A stretch of 63,943 nt of DNA, filler included, from Reticulomyxa filosa (taxonomy: Eukaryota > Protista > Foraminifera), in NCBI GenBank assembly GCA_000512085.1. It is 24 parts of 24 records of this genome, joined end to end, with 100 filler letters (N's around TTAATTAATTAA, not from the genome) between each part and the next. Parts side by side here need not be neighbours in the genome. Positions count along the whole stretch, not along the records: positions 4,824 to 14,779 come from ASPP01008769.1; positions 14,880 to 16,135 come from ASPP01045672.1; positions 16,236 to 17,294 come from ASPP01020949.1; positions 17,395 to 18,653 come from ASPP01022346.1; positions 18,754 to 20,696 come from ASPP01047636.1; positions 20,797 to 22,093 come from ASPP01008906.1; positions 22,194 to 24,489 come from ASPP01012621.1; 17 more parts are not named here. The stretch is one strand, 5' to 3'. Positions 12,136-24,479 of the stretch are shown here, piece by piece (the first letter of the stretch is position 1; every line of letters starts with the position of its first letter). The notes beneath the pieces were generated by a model. It ran no database searches and was not told the origin of the DNA. It was given only the letters and a program-made list of their open reading frames with translations. The translations under genes were made by a program, and so were the position numbers.

Positions 12136-14637
12136 TTACAAAATATTGCAGCAACCCGAAGAATGTTGATCTTGCAAAGAGACCTGCGTCTTGTCTTCGT
12201 TGTTGTTTTTGTTGGGTTCATCTGTGATTTCTTGCGCATTCTTTTCGTCCGATGGGATTTTGTTGGTCGAGTTTGTCCGAAGGGGTAGCCACTCGTAGTC
12301 CTCGACTGCTGGATTCGGGGAAGGATCGTTCTATAATATGACAATGCATAAACGTCAAACAAGAAAGCAGTAATAATTGTTGGATTGCATTAGCCACATG
12401 TTTAAAAAAAAAAAAAAAAAGAGAGAAAGAGATTGAAGCTTAACAAGATGTTTATGAGTAATGGATATGTTCGAAGAAGTTAATGGCACATAAACCACAA
12501 ATGGCGTCCCAACAAAGGCAATTTTTATCTTGTTTTGCTCTTTGTCAACCTCTTCCACTTCAACTTCGGTCCACGCACATACTTTGGGATTCCACGCTGA
12601 TATGTTATCTTTTCTTTGAAGATCTCTTGTTTCTCTTTTTTCTATTGTTGTTTTTTTTTCCCTTCCCACTTTAGTGAATGTGGACAAAAGTGATGACACA
12701 TGTGAGAATAATGTGACAATAAAAAAAAAAAGAATACAATTACTTTGAATCCTGTGACTGGTCTTTTCAATCCATTCGTTATATTTGGGATGATAAGAGA
12801 TGTAGTACACTTTGATCTTGTCATCTGTTTCCTCGATGATCTCGCACTCCCTCCAGTTTGCGGTTCTATTGGACAAAACCCAGATACGTTTCGAGTTCTT
12901 GTTTTCCTCCGAGACATTCAAAGGCGGAACCTCCAAATTGTTCGCATGGATGATTGCTGGCTGTGTCTCCGCTGTCTTTATCTCTTCGCTTGTCTGTAGC
13001 TGCTTAGCGTCCTTTGCTTTCTCATCATCTTCTTTTTTTGGTTGTATTGCTTGTGTTGGCTCTTCTTCCACGTGCTTCGATGATTGGTCTTCCTTCGTTG
13101 GCTGTGCTGCCTCTTCTTCACTTTGCTTTGTCTTTTTTTCTTCTTCTTCTTCTTCTTCTTCTTCTTTTTCCTCGGTTTGTTGCGACTCTTCCTGTTTACT
13201 ACTACTGGCTGTCGTCGTGGTTGTGGTGGTGGTGGTGGTTATTATCGTTGTTATTACCGTTGTCACTGTTGTTGTTTCCTCCTTTTGCTTTGCTTCGTCC
13301 GTTTGCTTTGGCTGTTCGATCTTGACTACCTGTTCTTCAGTTACTTTGATTTCTTTTGTGCTAATGTTGTCTATCTCTTTTTCTTTTTCTTTTTCTTTTT
13401 CTTTTTCTTTTTCTTCTTCTTTCAGTGGCTGTGTCTGTTCAACCAAAGTGACTTCGACTGTGTCTTGTTTTTCTGATGTCACTTCTTCTGTCTTCTTGTT
13501 AATTATCTCATCTTTTGGAGTGGGTTCCTCGATCGTCTTCTTCGAGCTGTCGATAGTAATGTCTGTGGTGATAATGACCTCTTTCGTCGCCGTCGTCGTC
13601 GCGTCGGCTCTTCGACTATGTTCGACGTATCTTCTCTTAGTTTCGAGTCCTCTGTCCTCGTCTCGACTTGTTTTGTTTTTTTTATCGATGCATCCTCTTC
13701 TTCTTCTTCTTCTTCTTTTTCTTCTTTGTTGGCATCAATCTTCTCTAACACTCCAATCTTTTTCGGTGGCGCGACATGTTGCAACTCCTCGGCTTCCTTG
13801 GACTCGCGACGATTCATAGCCCCTCCGACTTTCTGTAGTGCCTCGACCATCTTGATTTCTTCTTCTACTCGCTTGAGCGCTGCATGTTGTGTTGTGTCTC
13901 TCACTTCCACATTGGTGGTCTCTTCGACTTTCTTTGGCTCTTCCACACTACCTGTTACGTCAAGTTTCTTTGTGACATCCACGTCCTCCGACTTTGCCAC
14001 TGATTCCGATGCCGGTTTCGATGTTTGCAGAGGCAAAGTCTCTACGTGCACAGATGTCTCCACGTCCAAAGGCTTGACTACTGCTTTTGCAAACATAGAT
14101 AACTTTGCACTTGGTGCCGACGTCGGCGTCTCTCCCATTTTCTCTTCTTCCGTCTCAAGTGCAGCTGCCCTTTCTTTTACATGCACGTCGGATATTATTT
14201 TCACTACGTCGTCCTCTTTCGTCGAATGGTGATGATCCCCGGCTGTAATCGCTGCAATGGCTTGAGCAATTTTCGGTTGTACTACTACTGGGACATGCTC
14301 CTTTTATTGTTATTGTTATTGTTGTGGTAGATTTCTAATTACTTTTTGCTTTTGTGCAAAGCGTTTGTGAGTCCTCGCAAATATACGTATACGTATGCAT
14401 ATACATTTATTTTTTTTTTTTTTTTGTTGTCGTTTCATTTCGACACTAAAAAAAAAAAAATAAATAAAAAAAAATAAACTGTAGGATGTGTTGGTGTGTC
14501 TCCTTTGTCTGTTTTGCATGTTGGACATGTGCATGTTCATTTGTGTTTTCAGTGGGCGGCGTGGATGCCGGGTTCTTCAAGTGAGAAGGAGACAATTCCT
14601 CGATTGGCGGCAGTCCGTATTCCTCTGGCGAAGCCAA
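12136..14637 (-). CDS. Large acidic low-complexity protein with two Tudor/chromo-barrel-like domains and a C-terminal CCNIL prenylation motif; one apparent frameshift near 13610
   Basis: WRECEIIEETDDKIKVYYISYHPKYNEWIEKTSHRI and AWTEVEVEEVDKEQNKIKIAFVG. Phase-0 intron 12444-12331 leads to last exon 12330-12136 ending SSGCCNIL*. Confidence 0.7.
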
Positions 14638-16235
14638 TGACTTGTGTACTTGATGCTATTCATAATGTTTGCGCCAATCATTAGAGAGATGAGACAGAGA
14701 GGGTCTCATTTTTTTTTGATAAACAAAAAGTCCCCTTTTTTTTTTTTTTTTTTTAATGCCTTCCTCATTTTAAGTGATCNNNNNNNNNNNNNNNNNNNNN
14801 NNNNNNNNNNNNNNNNNNNNNNNTTAATTAATTAANNNNNNNNNNNNNNNNNNNNNNNNNNNNNNNNNNNNNNNNNNNNCGTAATATGTGTGAATAGATT
14901 ATCAATAATATGATGTTTTTGTAAGACTGTTCAGCTTTTTTGTGTTTTTATTTTGTATTTGCTTCTTTATTATGAAATTGTTACCCCCTTTTTTTAAAAA
15001 CTACAGCGATTTTTAGTTGGATGTTGTTCGACCATTTAAGACAAACACAAACAAAATGAAACTTGTATAATATTTGAATAGCATGGCTTGGATTTTATGA
15101 CTTCAATTTCCTTTTGATAAATACAATTTTAATTTCGAGGAATAGTAGCCAAAAGACAAAAAACAAAATCAAAAATGTCTTTTTTTGCAACAAAAGTTCA
15201 ATGTCAATTGGCTTTATGGTCCCCTCCGTTTTATTAGTTTGTTATTTTACACGGTTTTGTCTTTAGCAGAGATACTACTTTATTGCGGCATCTGGGCTGA
15301 GATTTTACCTATTGTGTCACGTATGATACTACACGCTTCCGTGTAACACTTAAACTTTTTGTTACTGCCGCTACTAAACCGCACAAAAAAAAGCAAATCA
15401 TAATCAGAATCTTAGATACTATACAAAAACTCGTACACTAGGAATTCTACGTTATGAAAGTTCATTGTCACATAATCTCACTAGAGGGCTACGTGCGCAT
15501 TAAGTAAAACTACTCATCTTATTGTTTAGCTTGATTTTAAAAATACACGTGATAGTTTGATAAATACTATTCTAAAAACTATTGTTACTTTATGACATTG
15601 TATCCAAAAAGAGTACTTCAAATGATATGATTAACATTCGTCATTTGCTAACTTCTAAAAATAAATCAATACATAGATCTAAAGTGGAAAAAATTATACG
15701 TTGTCATGAAAGAACGGTTGCTCAACCCACAAAAGAGACTTGTAAGGATTGACGCCGAACAAGTTTGAATTAATTCGATATACAACTTGTCATGATTGTT
15801 GGGACATTTTTTTCTCTGTATTGGACGATTCTATTTTAAAAGACACGATATATCTTCGTTAGAGACTAAGAAAAGATTTCACAGCAAAATTAACTTTTTG
15901 ACAACAAAGAATTTTATTCGAAAGGAAATACGATTAGGTGATATTTCAACTTTTAAAAATATTTAAGCCACACACACGCTCGACTTAATTCGCCTCTAGT
16001 GAATCACTTCACAATTTGAAGAACAGTACATTCTGTTAAAAAAAAAAAAATAGTCGATCACACTACACCAATAAGGAAAGATGAATACAACGGAGCTGTC
16101 TGTGCAACATGATGTAAAAAAAACAAGCAAACAAANNNNNNNNNNNNNNNNNNNNNNNNNNNNNNNNNNNNNNNNNNNNTTAATTAATTAANNNNNNNNN
16201 NNNNNNNNNNNNNNNNNNNNNNNNNNNNNNNNNNN

Positions 16236-17264
16236 CAGTGTCAGCAACGTGTGGAATCGTTAGATAAGCTGAGTGTAGATCGCGTTACTTCGTAGAATTT
16301 TTTAGTTTAAAAAGCAATGCGATTGAGTATTGTTGATTGATTGTTTTGGATTAAGGATGGAGAAAAAGAGATACAGAGCCAGAGATATAAAAAAAAAAAA
16401 AAAAGTAAAAGAAAAATGTGGTCGATGCAAAACTCTTGCACATTTCCCTCTTGCATTGCTCTGAGAGTGGGAAGAGAATGAAGTTGGAAACATTGAAATG
16501 AAAAAAAAAAAAAAAAAAAAAACCAAATAAATTTATGCCTGAGAAGCAGATTTGCCCTCCACATCAGTTTTTTTTGCAAAATGTCTAACATTAGTTTCAT
16601 AATTGTGCAAGGCCTTTCGAAACGATCCAAACATTTCACCTTTCGCATAAACAGCAGCAGTAGTTTCATTCCTTGCCCGAACTTTTTTGACAATGGAAAG
16701 CCAATGCATCGAATTCAAAATATTGGCAATTTCAACGAATTCGCCAGAGCTTTCGTCCTCTTCCTCTTCTTTATTTTTATCCTTATCCCTATCCTTCTCC
16801 TTCTCTTTTTCTTTTTCTTTTTCTTTCTCTTTGTCGACATTGCCATCAGTCGCAACAGTGACACTACCACTCATATTGTTGAAATCGCTAATGTGTTTTT
16901 CGCGATGGGACCGCAGAGATCCCAAATTGACGACGGGCAACTTCATGCTGAGAAAGAGAGACCGACAAGTGAAGGTGGTTTTTTCAAAGTGTTTGTCGAT
17001 CTGTTGGACAATTTGTTTGGTCAATTTGACATTTTTCCAAAGGGGTTTCTGTTGGGTGCTGCGTTCACTATACCCACATTGCTTGCAATAAAGAGCCCCT
17101 GGAGTATTGTTCAACTCCGAGCACACTTTGCAATCCCACGGGGTCTTGAAAGGGTTCGGAGACATTCCCGTGTCTGACTTGTTTAAGTATGATCCAGGGT
17201 ACATTTCAAAGAAACGTTCCAATCGATAAGTTTTTACATACTCACTATCAGGAAAGGTTAACAC
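16236..17264 (-). CDS. Internal fragment of a protein with a RanBP2-type zinc finger
   Basis: WDCKVCSELNNTPGALYCKQCG within a 243-aa open frame; intron-like A/T runs; contig truncated at both ends. Confidence 0.6.
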
Positions 17265-18814
17265 CTTTTTTTTTTTTTAAAAAAAAAAAAAAAANNNNNN
17301 NNNNNNNNNNNNNNNNNNNNNNNNNNNNNNNNNNNNNNTTAATTAATTAANNNNNNNNNNNNNNNNNNNNNNNNNNNNNNNNNNNNNNNNNNNNATCAGA
17401 ATAATTTTTTTTGGAAGTCCCCATGATTTGGACATTTTAAAATTACTTGGAAAAGGGGGTTTTTTCTCAATAAAAAAAAACTCGCTCTAAAATGAGTTTA
17501 TGATGTTGGATTTCGATTACAGGAAATAATTTGCTTTTGACCATAGTTGTTTATTTGCATATGTTTGCCAAAAAAAAAGTGTCAGTATTATAATGGTATA
17601 TCAAACCATTAAGATTCATTTTACGCAATTACCCCTAAGGATAACAATAAAAAAAGGGAAGACAGAAGGCCGAAAGAACCATTACCCTAATGAACCATGT
17701 CGCAGAAATGGGAGCGGTACATATTTCAAAAAACTTACACTAAATGTACTGTTCCTAACACAAAATCCAAAGCATTTTTGTGATGACTGCTGAACAAAAG
17801 GTAGTATTGCAAGATTTATTTTTGACTTTGAAAAGGGGTATATAATCGAATATCTGATTTTTTTATTTTTTTATGAATAATTTCATGTATCATGTACTTT
17901 CGGAACAAACGCAAAAAAAATGTATCCTCGCTTCGGCTGTGAAAATAGATATACAATGTCAACCTGAATATTGCCATGTCAGGAAAGGCCACAATAGACA
18001 AGCACATTTGTTTGAGCCGCGATGATAGCACCTTTTTTTCAAATGGCGTTGTTGTTTTGAATGTCTTGGGTTCACACTGGCTGTCTTCTTTCTTTTTCGG
18101 CAGCTGTTGCATTTTTGCAAAGGAGTGCACTGGTGAAGGAATCCTCGAGAGCAAATTCCATGTTGTCTTGTTAGATGTTTGAAGAGAAGAGCAAAAACCA
18201 CATTCGTAATGTCCAAGAGAACTTATTCTAAAAAGGGAAAACTTGTTCTCTTCCAGAGAAAAACGTTACTCAAAGAAAAATAATGATTCACTCCAAAAAA
18301 ATTTTTAATTTCCAATTCTCTGTAATTAATCCTTTTTTTGGAATCACAACTGTAGAAATACTCACAAAAATTTTAACAATTCTTTTTTTCAAGTTGTTTT
18401 GTCAAAAACGTCAAAATATTCCAAAAAATTGCAAATTTACATCTTTTTTTATGAACATTTATGTGTTTTGCATTTACGTCTTAACGAAAAAGGTCTTTTT
18501 TTTTTTGTTGTCCAACGTACAAGCTCGTAATTAGGGTGATTACACCCTCTTCCACTAGTATGTCTTTTTATTTCTTTATTTTTAGTTTTCAACTTAAAGA
18601 AAAAGTGGTTTTGTTTTTTTCAACAGCCGTCCACTTTTTTTAAAAAATGGTTTNNNNNNNNNNNNNNNNNNNNNNNNNNNNNNNNNNNNNNNNNNNNTTA
18701 ATTAATTAANNNNNNNNNNNNNNNNNNNNNNNNNNNNNNNNNNNNNNNNNNNNTTATTTATTATTTTTTATTTTTGTCGTTGTAATAATAATAAGATTTA
18801 TTTTTGTTGTTGTA

Positions 18815-20672
18815 TAGATTGAATAAATGGCGCAAATGGTTGAAGGAACTGGATGGACGGCACACGATGAAGGACATTAAAACTTGTGGATGTGTGATGA
18901 AGTGATAGATGGAAAACCGCACTTGGGAGATATCAATAGAAGGTAATATCATGTGTTTATTATTATGTTCATCTTGTAAATATGTAGTTTTTGTTATTCA
19001 AATAGGACCACCAGCGACTTTGATGGATAGAAAAAAGAATACGGGGTAGAAACCACCCCGTCTCCGAAAGGAGAAACAAAGGCTTGTTTTATCTATTTTT
19101 TTTTTAAATATATTTAATTGTTGTGCCATGTGTTGTGTAAAATAGGTTCCCTCGTCCGCAATGCACGTTACAAATATATGACCAATCCCATTCACACAAA
19201 AAGAAAAAAAAAGAAAAATAGGGGTTGAAATCTACCCCCGTATCCTCAATGAGGAAAAATGGTTTGTATATTTATATTATTTTATATGTATATTCTTTTG
19301 TGTGTAATGTTTTTGTGTTTGTGTGATTTAATAGGATCCCCCCTTCAAAGAAAAAAATATATGTATACTTATTTGTTTATTTATTTATTCCCCCCCTAAA
19401 AAAAAAAGTGTTGTTAGTGTTTTTATAGGAAAAAAGAAGCAGATGCAGATGGTCCAAGTATAGTTATAAATATTTTTTTAGTATGTTATTTAAAAGATAT
19501 AAACTTAACTTTGTTTGTGTGCATATAGGTCGTGCGAAACAAAAAAGTTGCAGTAAGGTACTACCTTGAAAATGGAGTTGGAAAAAAGGGAGAAAGAAAA
19601 AGTATGGGAAAAAAAGAAGATAGAATAATAAAAGAAAAAAAAAAAGAAAAAAAATGTAGTAATAAAAAAAAAAAGGGATATTAAAAAGAAAAAGGAAAAA
19701 GGAAAAAGAAAAAAAAAGAAAAATGGATTGGAAAAAAATAAAAAAAGTGACATTATAGAAAAAAATAAATAATAAAGAAAGAAAAAGAAAATTAATAAAG
19801 GAAAAAAAATTACATTTGAGATTTTGATTTTTTATTTTTATTTTTTAATTTGAAAATGAATATCCCGCTCGGGATGATCGTTGAAGTAAGTTTTTCTATT
19901 TGTGTGTGTTTGTTTAAAAAAATGTATATGCAAATATGTGGTTGAATGTTATAGAATAAGATGAATGAAAAAGCAGACTGGAGTGAACAATGGGACGAAG
20001 TCTGCCATTACCCGAATTCGATATACCACCAACTCCAGAACAAAAGGACAAATACCAATCAATGCGAAGAACAGCAGCTTTATCTGAAGGTATATGCTAT
20101 TTTTATAATATTTTCAGTGTTGTGAAATATCTTAACTAAAACAATGTGAGCATGGATCGTTTAATTGTAGGTTTGTAATAAAGAAAGAGATGAAAAAAAG
20201 AAGGAGAGATATTAAGGGAAGAAAAAAGGAAGTAAAAATATGGACCAGTAGTATTGTGGCATATGGATTTGACGACTGACAATGAATCGTGCAAGAATTG
20301 TGAGTTATTGAGAGATAGGCAAAGGGATAACGTGAATGAAGAGAATGATACAAGAAATCAGTTTCGCCAATACTTTGAGTGATATGTATGGATTTTACTC
20401 GACTTCAACTTGTCAATGCGCATAATTCGATCAATTGATATGGTTTTTGTGTTAACTTGGTGGAAAATATTAGCGCAATTCGATTGATAGCTAGATTGTT
20501 TTTTTAGATGTAAAAAAACTGTTGTCATGGTCAAGTAAGATTGACAGGAAATGGCCGTCTTGATTGATTTGAATACACTTAAAAGAACTCTCACGCACAG
20601 ATTAAACAACATAGATTGGCAACGATTCAATTGGATAGTATCTTTGATCAGATTATGGACAAATACCAACAT
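18815..20672 (+). pseudogene. Decayed multi-exon gene, product unrecognised
   Basis: Short exon-like blocks between GT..AG intron-like segments, with many in-frame stops. Confidence 0.3.
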
Positions 20673-20796
20673 GTTTGTGTATGTGTTGTGTGTTTGNNNN
20701 NNNNNNNNNNNNNNNNNNNNNNNNNNNNNNNNNNNNNNNNTTAATTAATTAANNNNNNNNNNNNNNNNNNNNNNNNNNNNNNNNNNNNNNNNNNNN

Positions 20797-21734
20797 CGCG
20801 TGCCTTCGCCCGGGGTGCGCAGCCGGTACTTGATGCTCTCGTCCATCGTCTCGGCGAGGCCCGAGAACTTGCCGATGTCGAGGTAGACCCAGCGCTTGCG
20901 GTCGCCCGCGGCCTTGCGCGAGACCAGCACGACTTCGCTCTGGATCACACCGGCATCGCCCACCATCGAACGGCCCGGCTCGATGATGACCTCGGGCATG
21001 CGGTTTCCGAAGTGGCGCACCAGCGCGCGGGTGACCGCCTCGCAATAGGCCTCGATGCCGCTCACCTCCGAGCGATAGCGGGCCGGGAAGCCGCCGCCGA
21101 GGTTGACCATGCGCAGGTCCACGCCCGCTTCGGCCAGCGCGAAGAACATCTGTGAGACCTGGCCCAGCGCCTTGTCCCACTGGTCGAGGTCGGTCTGCTG
21201 GCTGCCGACATGGAAGGAGATGCCGTAGGCGTCGAGACCCCAGTCCTTGGCCTTGCGCAGCAGATCCTTCGCCATCTCGGGCGCGCAGCCGAACTTCTTG
21301 CTGAGCGGCCATTCGGCGCCGCCGCAATCGACCAGCACGCGGCAGAACACGCGGGCGCCCGGCGCCACGCGGGCGAGCTTCTGCAGCTCCGCCTCGCTGT
21401 CGAAGGCGAACAGGCGCACGCCCTGCTGGTAGGCCCAGGCGATGTCCTTTTCCTTCTTGATCGTGTTGCCGAAGGAGACGCGGTCCATCGAGACGCCGGT
21501 CGCCTGGATCATCTCGATCTCGCCGCGGCTCGCGGTGTCGAACTTGGAACCCGCCGTCGCCAGACGAGCCAGCACCTGTGCGGCCGGATTTGCCTTCACG
21601 GCGTAGAAGATGTGCGCCGTGGGCAGCAGCTCGCGCATACGCCGGAAATTGTTCTCGACCACGTCGAGGTCGATCACGAGGCAGGGGGTCTCGGGCTGCT
21701 GCTCGCGGAGATAGCGGAAAATACGCTCGGTCAT
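20797..21734 (-). CDS. Bacterial PLP-dependent ornithine/lysine decarboxylase (alanine-racemase fold, group IV), 3' truncated
   Basis: FYAVKANP (PLP lysine), FDTAS, KFGC, SFHVGSQ, NLGGGFP, IIEPGR, YLDIGKFSGL; GC-rich and intronless. Confidence 0.96.
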
Positions 21735-22050
21735 CGCTGGGGGGATCCCCGTCTGGATAGTCAGCTGGTCGGAAGAGATCGAACGACGACGTACGGCGCC
21801 AAGCGTGGCGCGATACGTCAGCCGATACTCGACTGAGCTAAAATCCGTTTATGCGGCTGAGCGAGGAAGGAGGCCCGAGCGAGAGTCGGGCAAATGACAT
21901 AATAGCGGGGAACGCGCCCCGCGCGGTAAGCAACCATCTCAGAAGCTCCTTCCCGGACCCGGCTCGAAACCGGCACTGCCAAAAAGAACACTTTCCGTCG
22001 TTGCGTAACCACAGAGGGCCAGCGGCACGTGCGTTGGGCGTCTTGTATGA
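21735..22050 (-). promoter_or_regulatory. Long structured 5' leader of the decarboxylase, probably the alphaproteobacterial speF leader RNA motif
   Basis: ~310-nt leader with several stems (GCCCGA/TCGGGC, TCAGCCG/CGGCTGA, GACGTA-GCGCCA/TGGCGC-TACGTC). Position fits the Rfam speF leader; the match is recalled, not searched. Confidence 0.65.
21818..21937 (-). CDS. Candidate 39-aa leader peptide MVAYRAGRVPRYYVICPTLARASFLAQPHKRILAQSSIG (64 aa if started at GTG 22012)
   Basis: ATG is preceded by GGAAGGAG with 8-nt spacing; the stop lies 83 nt upstream of the decarboxylase ATG. Confidence 0.5.
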   Translation of the reverse strand: MVAYRAGRVPRYYVICPTLARASFLAQPHKRILAQSSIG

Positions 22051-22054
22051 GTGC

Positions 22055-22083
22055 TATCTACAACTAATCGACCTGGTTACAAG
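22055..22083 (-). promoter_or_regulatory. Possible housekeeping-sigma promoter
   Basis: CTTGTA-N17-TAGATA, similar to the alphaproteobacterial CTTGAC-N17-CTATAT pattern. Confidence 0.35.
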
Positions 22084-22217
22084 CGGAATCTGCNNNNNNN
22101 NNNNNNNNNNNNNNNNNNNNNNNNNNNNNNNNNNNNNTTAATTAATTAANNNNNNNNNNNNNNNNNNNNNNNNNNNNNNNNNNNNNNNNNNNNAAAAAAA
22201 AAAAAAAAAAAAGTTTG

Positions 22218-22775
22218 TTAAAAAAAATAAATTGCAATCATATTTCCTTTTAATGTACCTAAGAGATGATGGACCAATAAAATTAGCTTATTGGGTTTTT
22301 TGAACCAAAGTAATGTGCACGTCAACCAAAATGCAACATGGATGTCAAAACATTCATTTTCTTTGGCATTATTGGTCATACCAAATGATTGGAAAATCGC
22401 TCTTTTATCATATTTACAAAATTCAAACGATTTAACAGAGCAAATTATGCTGTTTATCAACGCAATCATCATTTCACCAGGCCTGTGCCCGTTGTTACCA
22501 ACAACATCGTAATCACGTGCATCGGCGCTCAAATTTTGCATCAATGCGTCTTGGAACTCTTTCATCTTATCTCCTCTCTTTAAAATTCCGTACCACGGAT
22601 CGCAGTATTTGTAGGTCGCTCCGAAGACCACAAAATAAAAAAGCACATAACCCCATAAACGCTTGTTTAGAAACAGTTTTTTCTTGAGCTTGTCCAAAAA
22701 ATCATCTAAAGAGTCTACTCCGGATTCTATTTGATCATCAGCATCTCTCTTTCGTATATCTTGTTCATTCTCCAT
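22218..22775 (-). CDS. Membrane protein, probably TLC (TRAM/LAG1/CLN8) domain; first exon, 3' truncated
   Basis: Hydrophobic helices, IALINSIICS, and LILLVHHLLG di-histidine motif. Confidence 0.55.
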   Translation of the reverse strand: MENEQDIRKRDADDQIESGVDSLDDFLDKLKKKLFLNKRLWGYVLFYFVVFGATYKYCDPWYGILKRGDKMKEFQDALMQNLSADARDYDVVGNNGHRPGEMMIALINSIICSVKSFEFCKYDKRAIFQSFGMTNNAKENECFDIHVAFWLTCTLLWFKKPNKLILLVHHLLGTLKGNMIAIYFF

Positions 22776-23549
22776 ATGGATTGCCCTTTCCTCTTTGCAC
22801 GACTCTCTGCGTGCATTTTGCGTTATCCCTTCCCCCCCCCAAAGTTTTTTTCTTCGAAACATGCTACTACATTGTAGTTTGAGACAACATAATTTTGTTT
22901 TAACCAACACCTTTGCTATCTCGTAGAATAAACAGAGAATAATATAGTCAGGATTTTACACAAAACATTAACCAAGAATCTATTGTTTGACACACTCACA
23001 AATTATCCACTGTTTTTATTGATTTATCTTTTTGTTTAGTTATTGCAATATCGTTAAATGCAATTGTGGAAAGGAGGCTTTGATGCAGATAGTTGAAAAT
23101 ATGCGTTATTGTAATAAAACGCTTCAATGGCACAATTTATTCCCAAAATTTGTATCAATAAAATGTGAGGCATGAAACTAAAATCTATCTAGTGGACATC
23201 CAAAAAGGCCAAACAACTTAATCTTGGACCATCCATTAATAAAAAAATGTATATGAACCACAAATTCGTTTAAAGTACTCATTCAAATTAAAACAGAATC
23301 AGAAACAATTTTGGAAAAAAAAATAGAAATAAAAAAATGAAAGCAAAACAAGGACATTTTCACACTACAAAAAAAGAAAAAAGGAAAAAAAAGATTAACG
23401 AGACAAACCAAAGTCGATGCAAAAAATCATATTTAAAAAAAATACAATTGAAGTACGAGAATATGATCTCATTTTTGAAAATACAAAAAAAAAAAAAAAA
23501 AAATTTAAAAATAAAGGAAGTGATAATATAATTAAAAAAAATCAATAAA

Positions 23550-24479
23550 AAACAGTTCAATAAGGGAATTGGAGTGACATATATCTCCCTTGTGGTACTG
23601 TCGCAGTATTGGAATACTGGGATTGATGGCTGCTTAGATCTGTTCAAAAAATTGTTTTATTTACCAAAAGTGGTTAAAAAAAAAAAAAAAGGAGGAAAAA
23701 ATATATGCATATAACGTGTATATATGTACGTATAGTTATATACCTGCCATTGGCGGTGGCACTGTTCCCAAGTGACTTTGTGCATATGTCCTTGAGTGTG
23801 GTACTGGTGAGACTTGCACATTGTGGTGAGTTTTAATACCTCCTGCCGTCGTGATCACAGCATTTCGAAGAAAGGAATTGGTGGTATTGTCCGCGAGCAT
23901 GGATGGGCTTTGTAGCAGAGCATCTTGCATTCTCCCTTGTGCGCTGGATGTTACTCGATGCATTGATGCTGTTGCCAATGGATTTGAAACGGGTTCCTCG
24001 AAGGGAAAAAACGGCGAACGAGTGGAACGACTGACTTGCCAATGCTCTTCCATACTTGTACTAGTTTCAAAGTCTTTGTGACTGTTATGATCAACAGTAG
24101 CGGCACCTTGTCCGGATATACCGTTGACTGCAAGCGAGCCAGGACATGGGTTTGCAATGTTTTGTTGAAAATGATAAGGATGATGAGGCACTTGAGAATA
24201 GAGCGAATGTGAAACTTGATCTCTTGTTGTGTTGCTGTTGTTGTTGTTATTTGTTTTTGCAAGTTTGCGATAATACTCGACACACTTGAAAAAGACTTTC
24301 TCTTCCGGAGTCAGTTGAATGGACGGTGGAGACATACTCTCAACATCCGCATTGCCACTTTGCACTGCTTTGAAATACAAATACTGGTTCCACTGTTGAC
24401 GCTTAATGTCCGAATATTTGGTCCAATGTATACTAAATTGGCTCATCTCTATTGTGTAAGAGGAAGAAAAAAAAAGCAA
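23550..24479 (-). CDS. Hypothetical S/Q/P/H-rich protein, 3' exons
   Basis: 247-aa open frame with coding-like composition, plus a short downstream exon; no recognised domain. Confidence 0.45.

Noticed and set aside
13590-13625. Programmed frameshifting (also near 5538 and 63260)
   Set aside because: Single indels in short repeats or A-runs with no evident stimulatory structure; sequencing error or recent mutation is more likely.
14880-18653. Possible genes in contigs 14880-16135 and 17395-18653 (e.g. Cys-rich ORF 17959-18216)
   Set aside because: No recognisable motif or consistent exon structure by eye.
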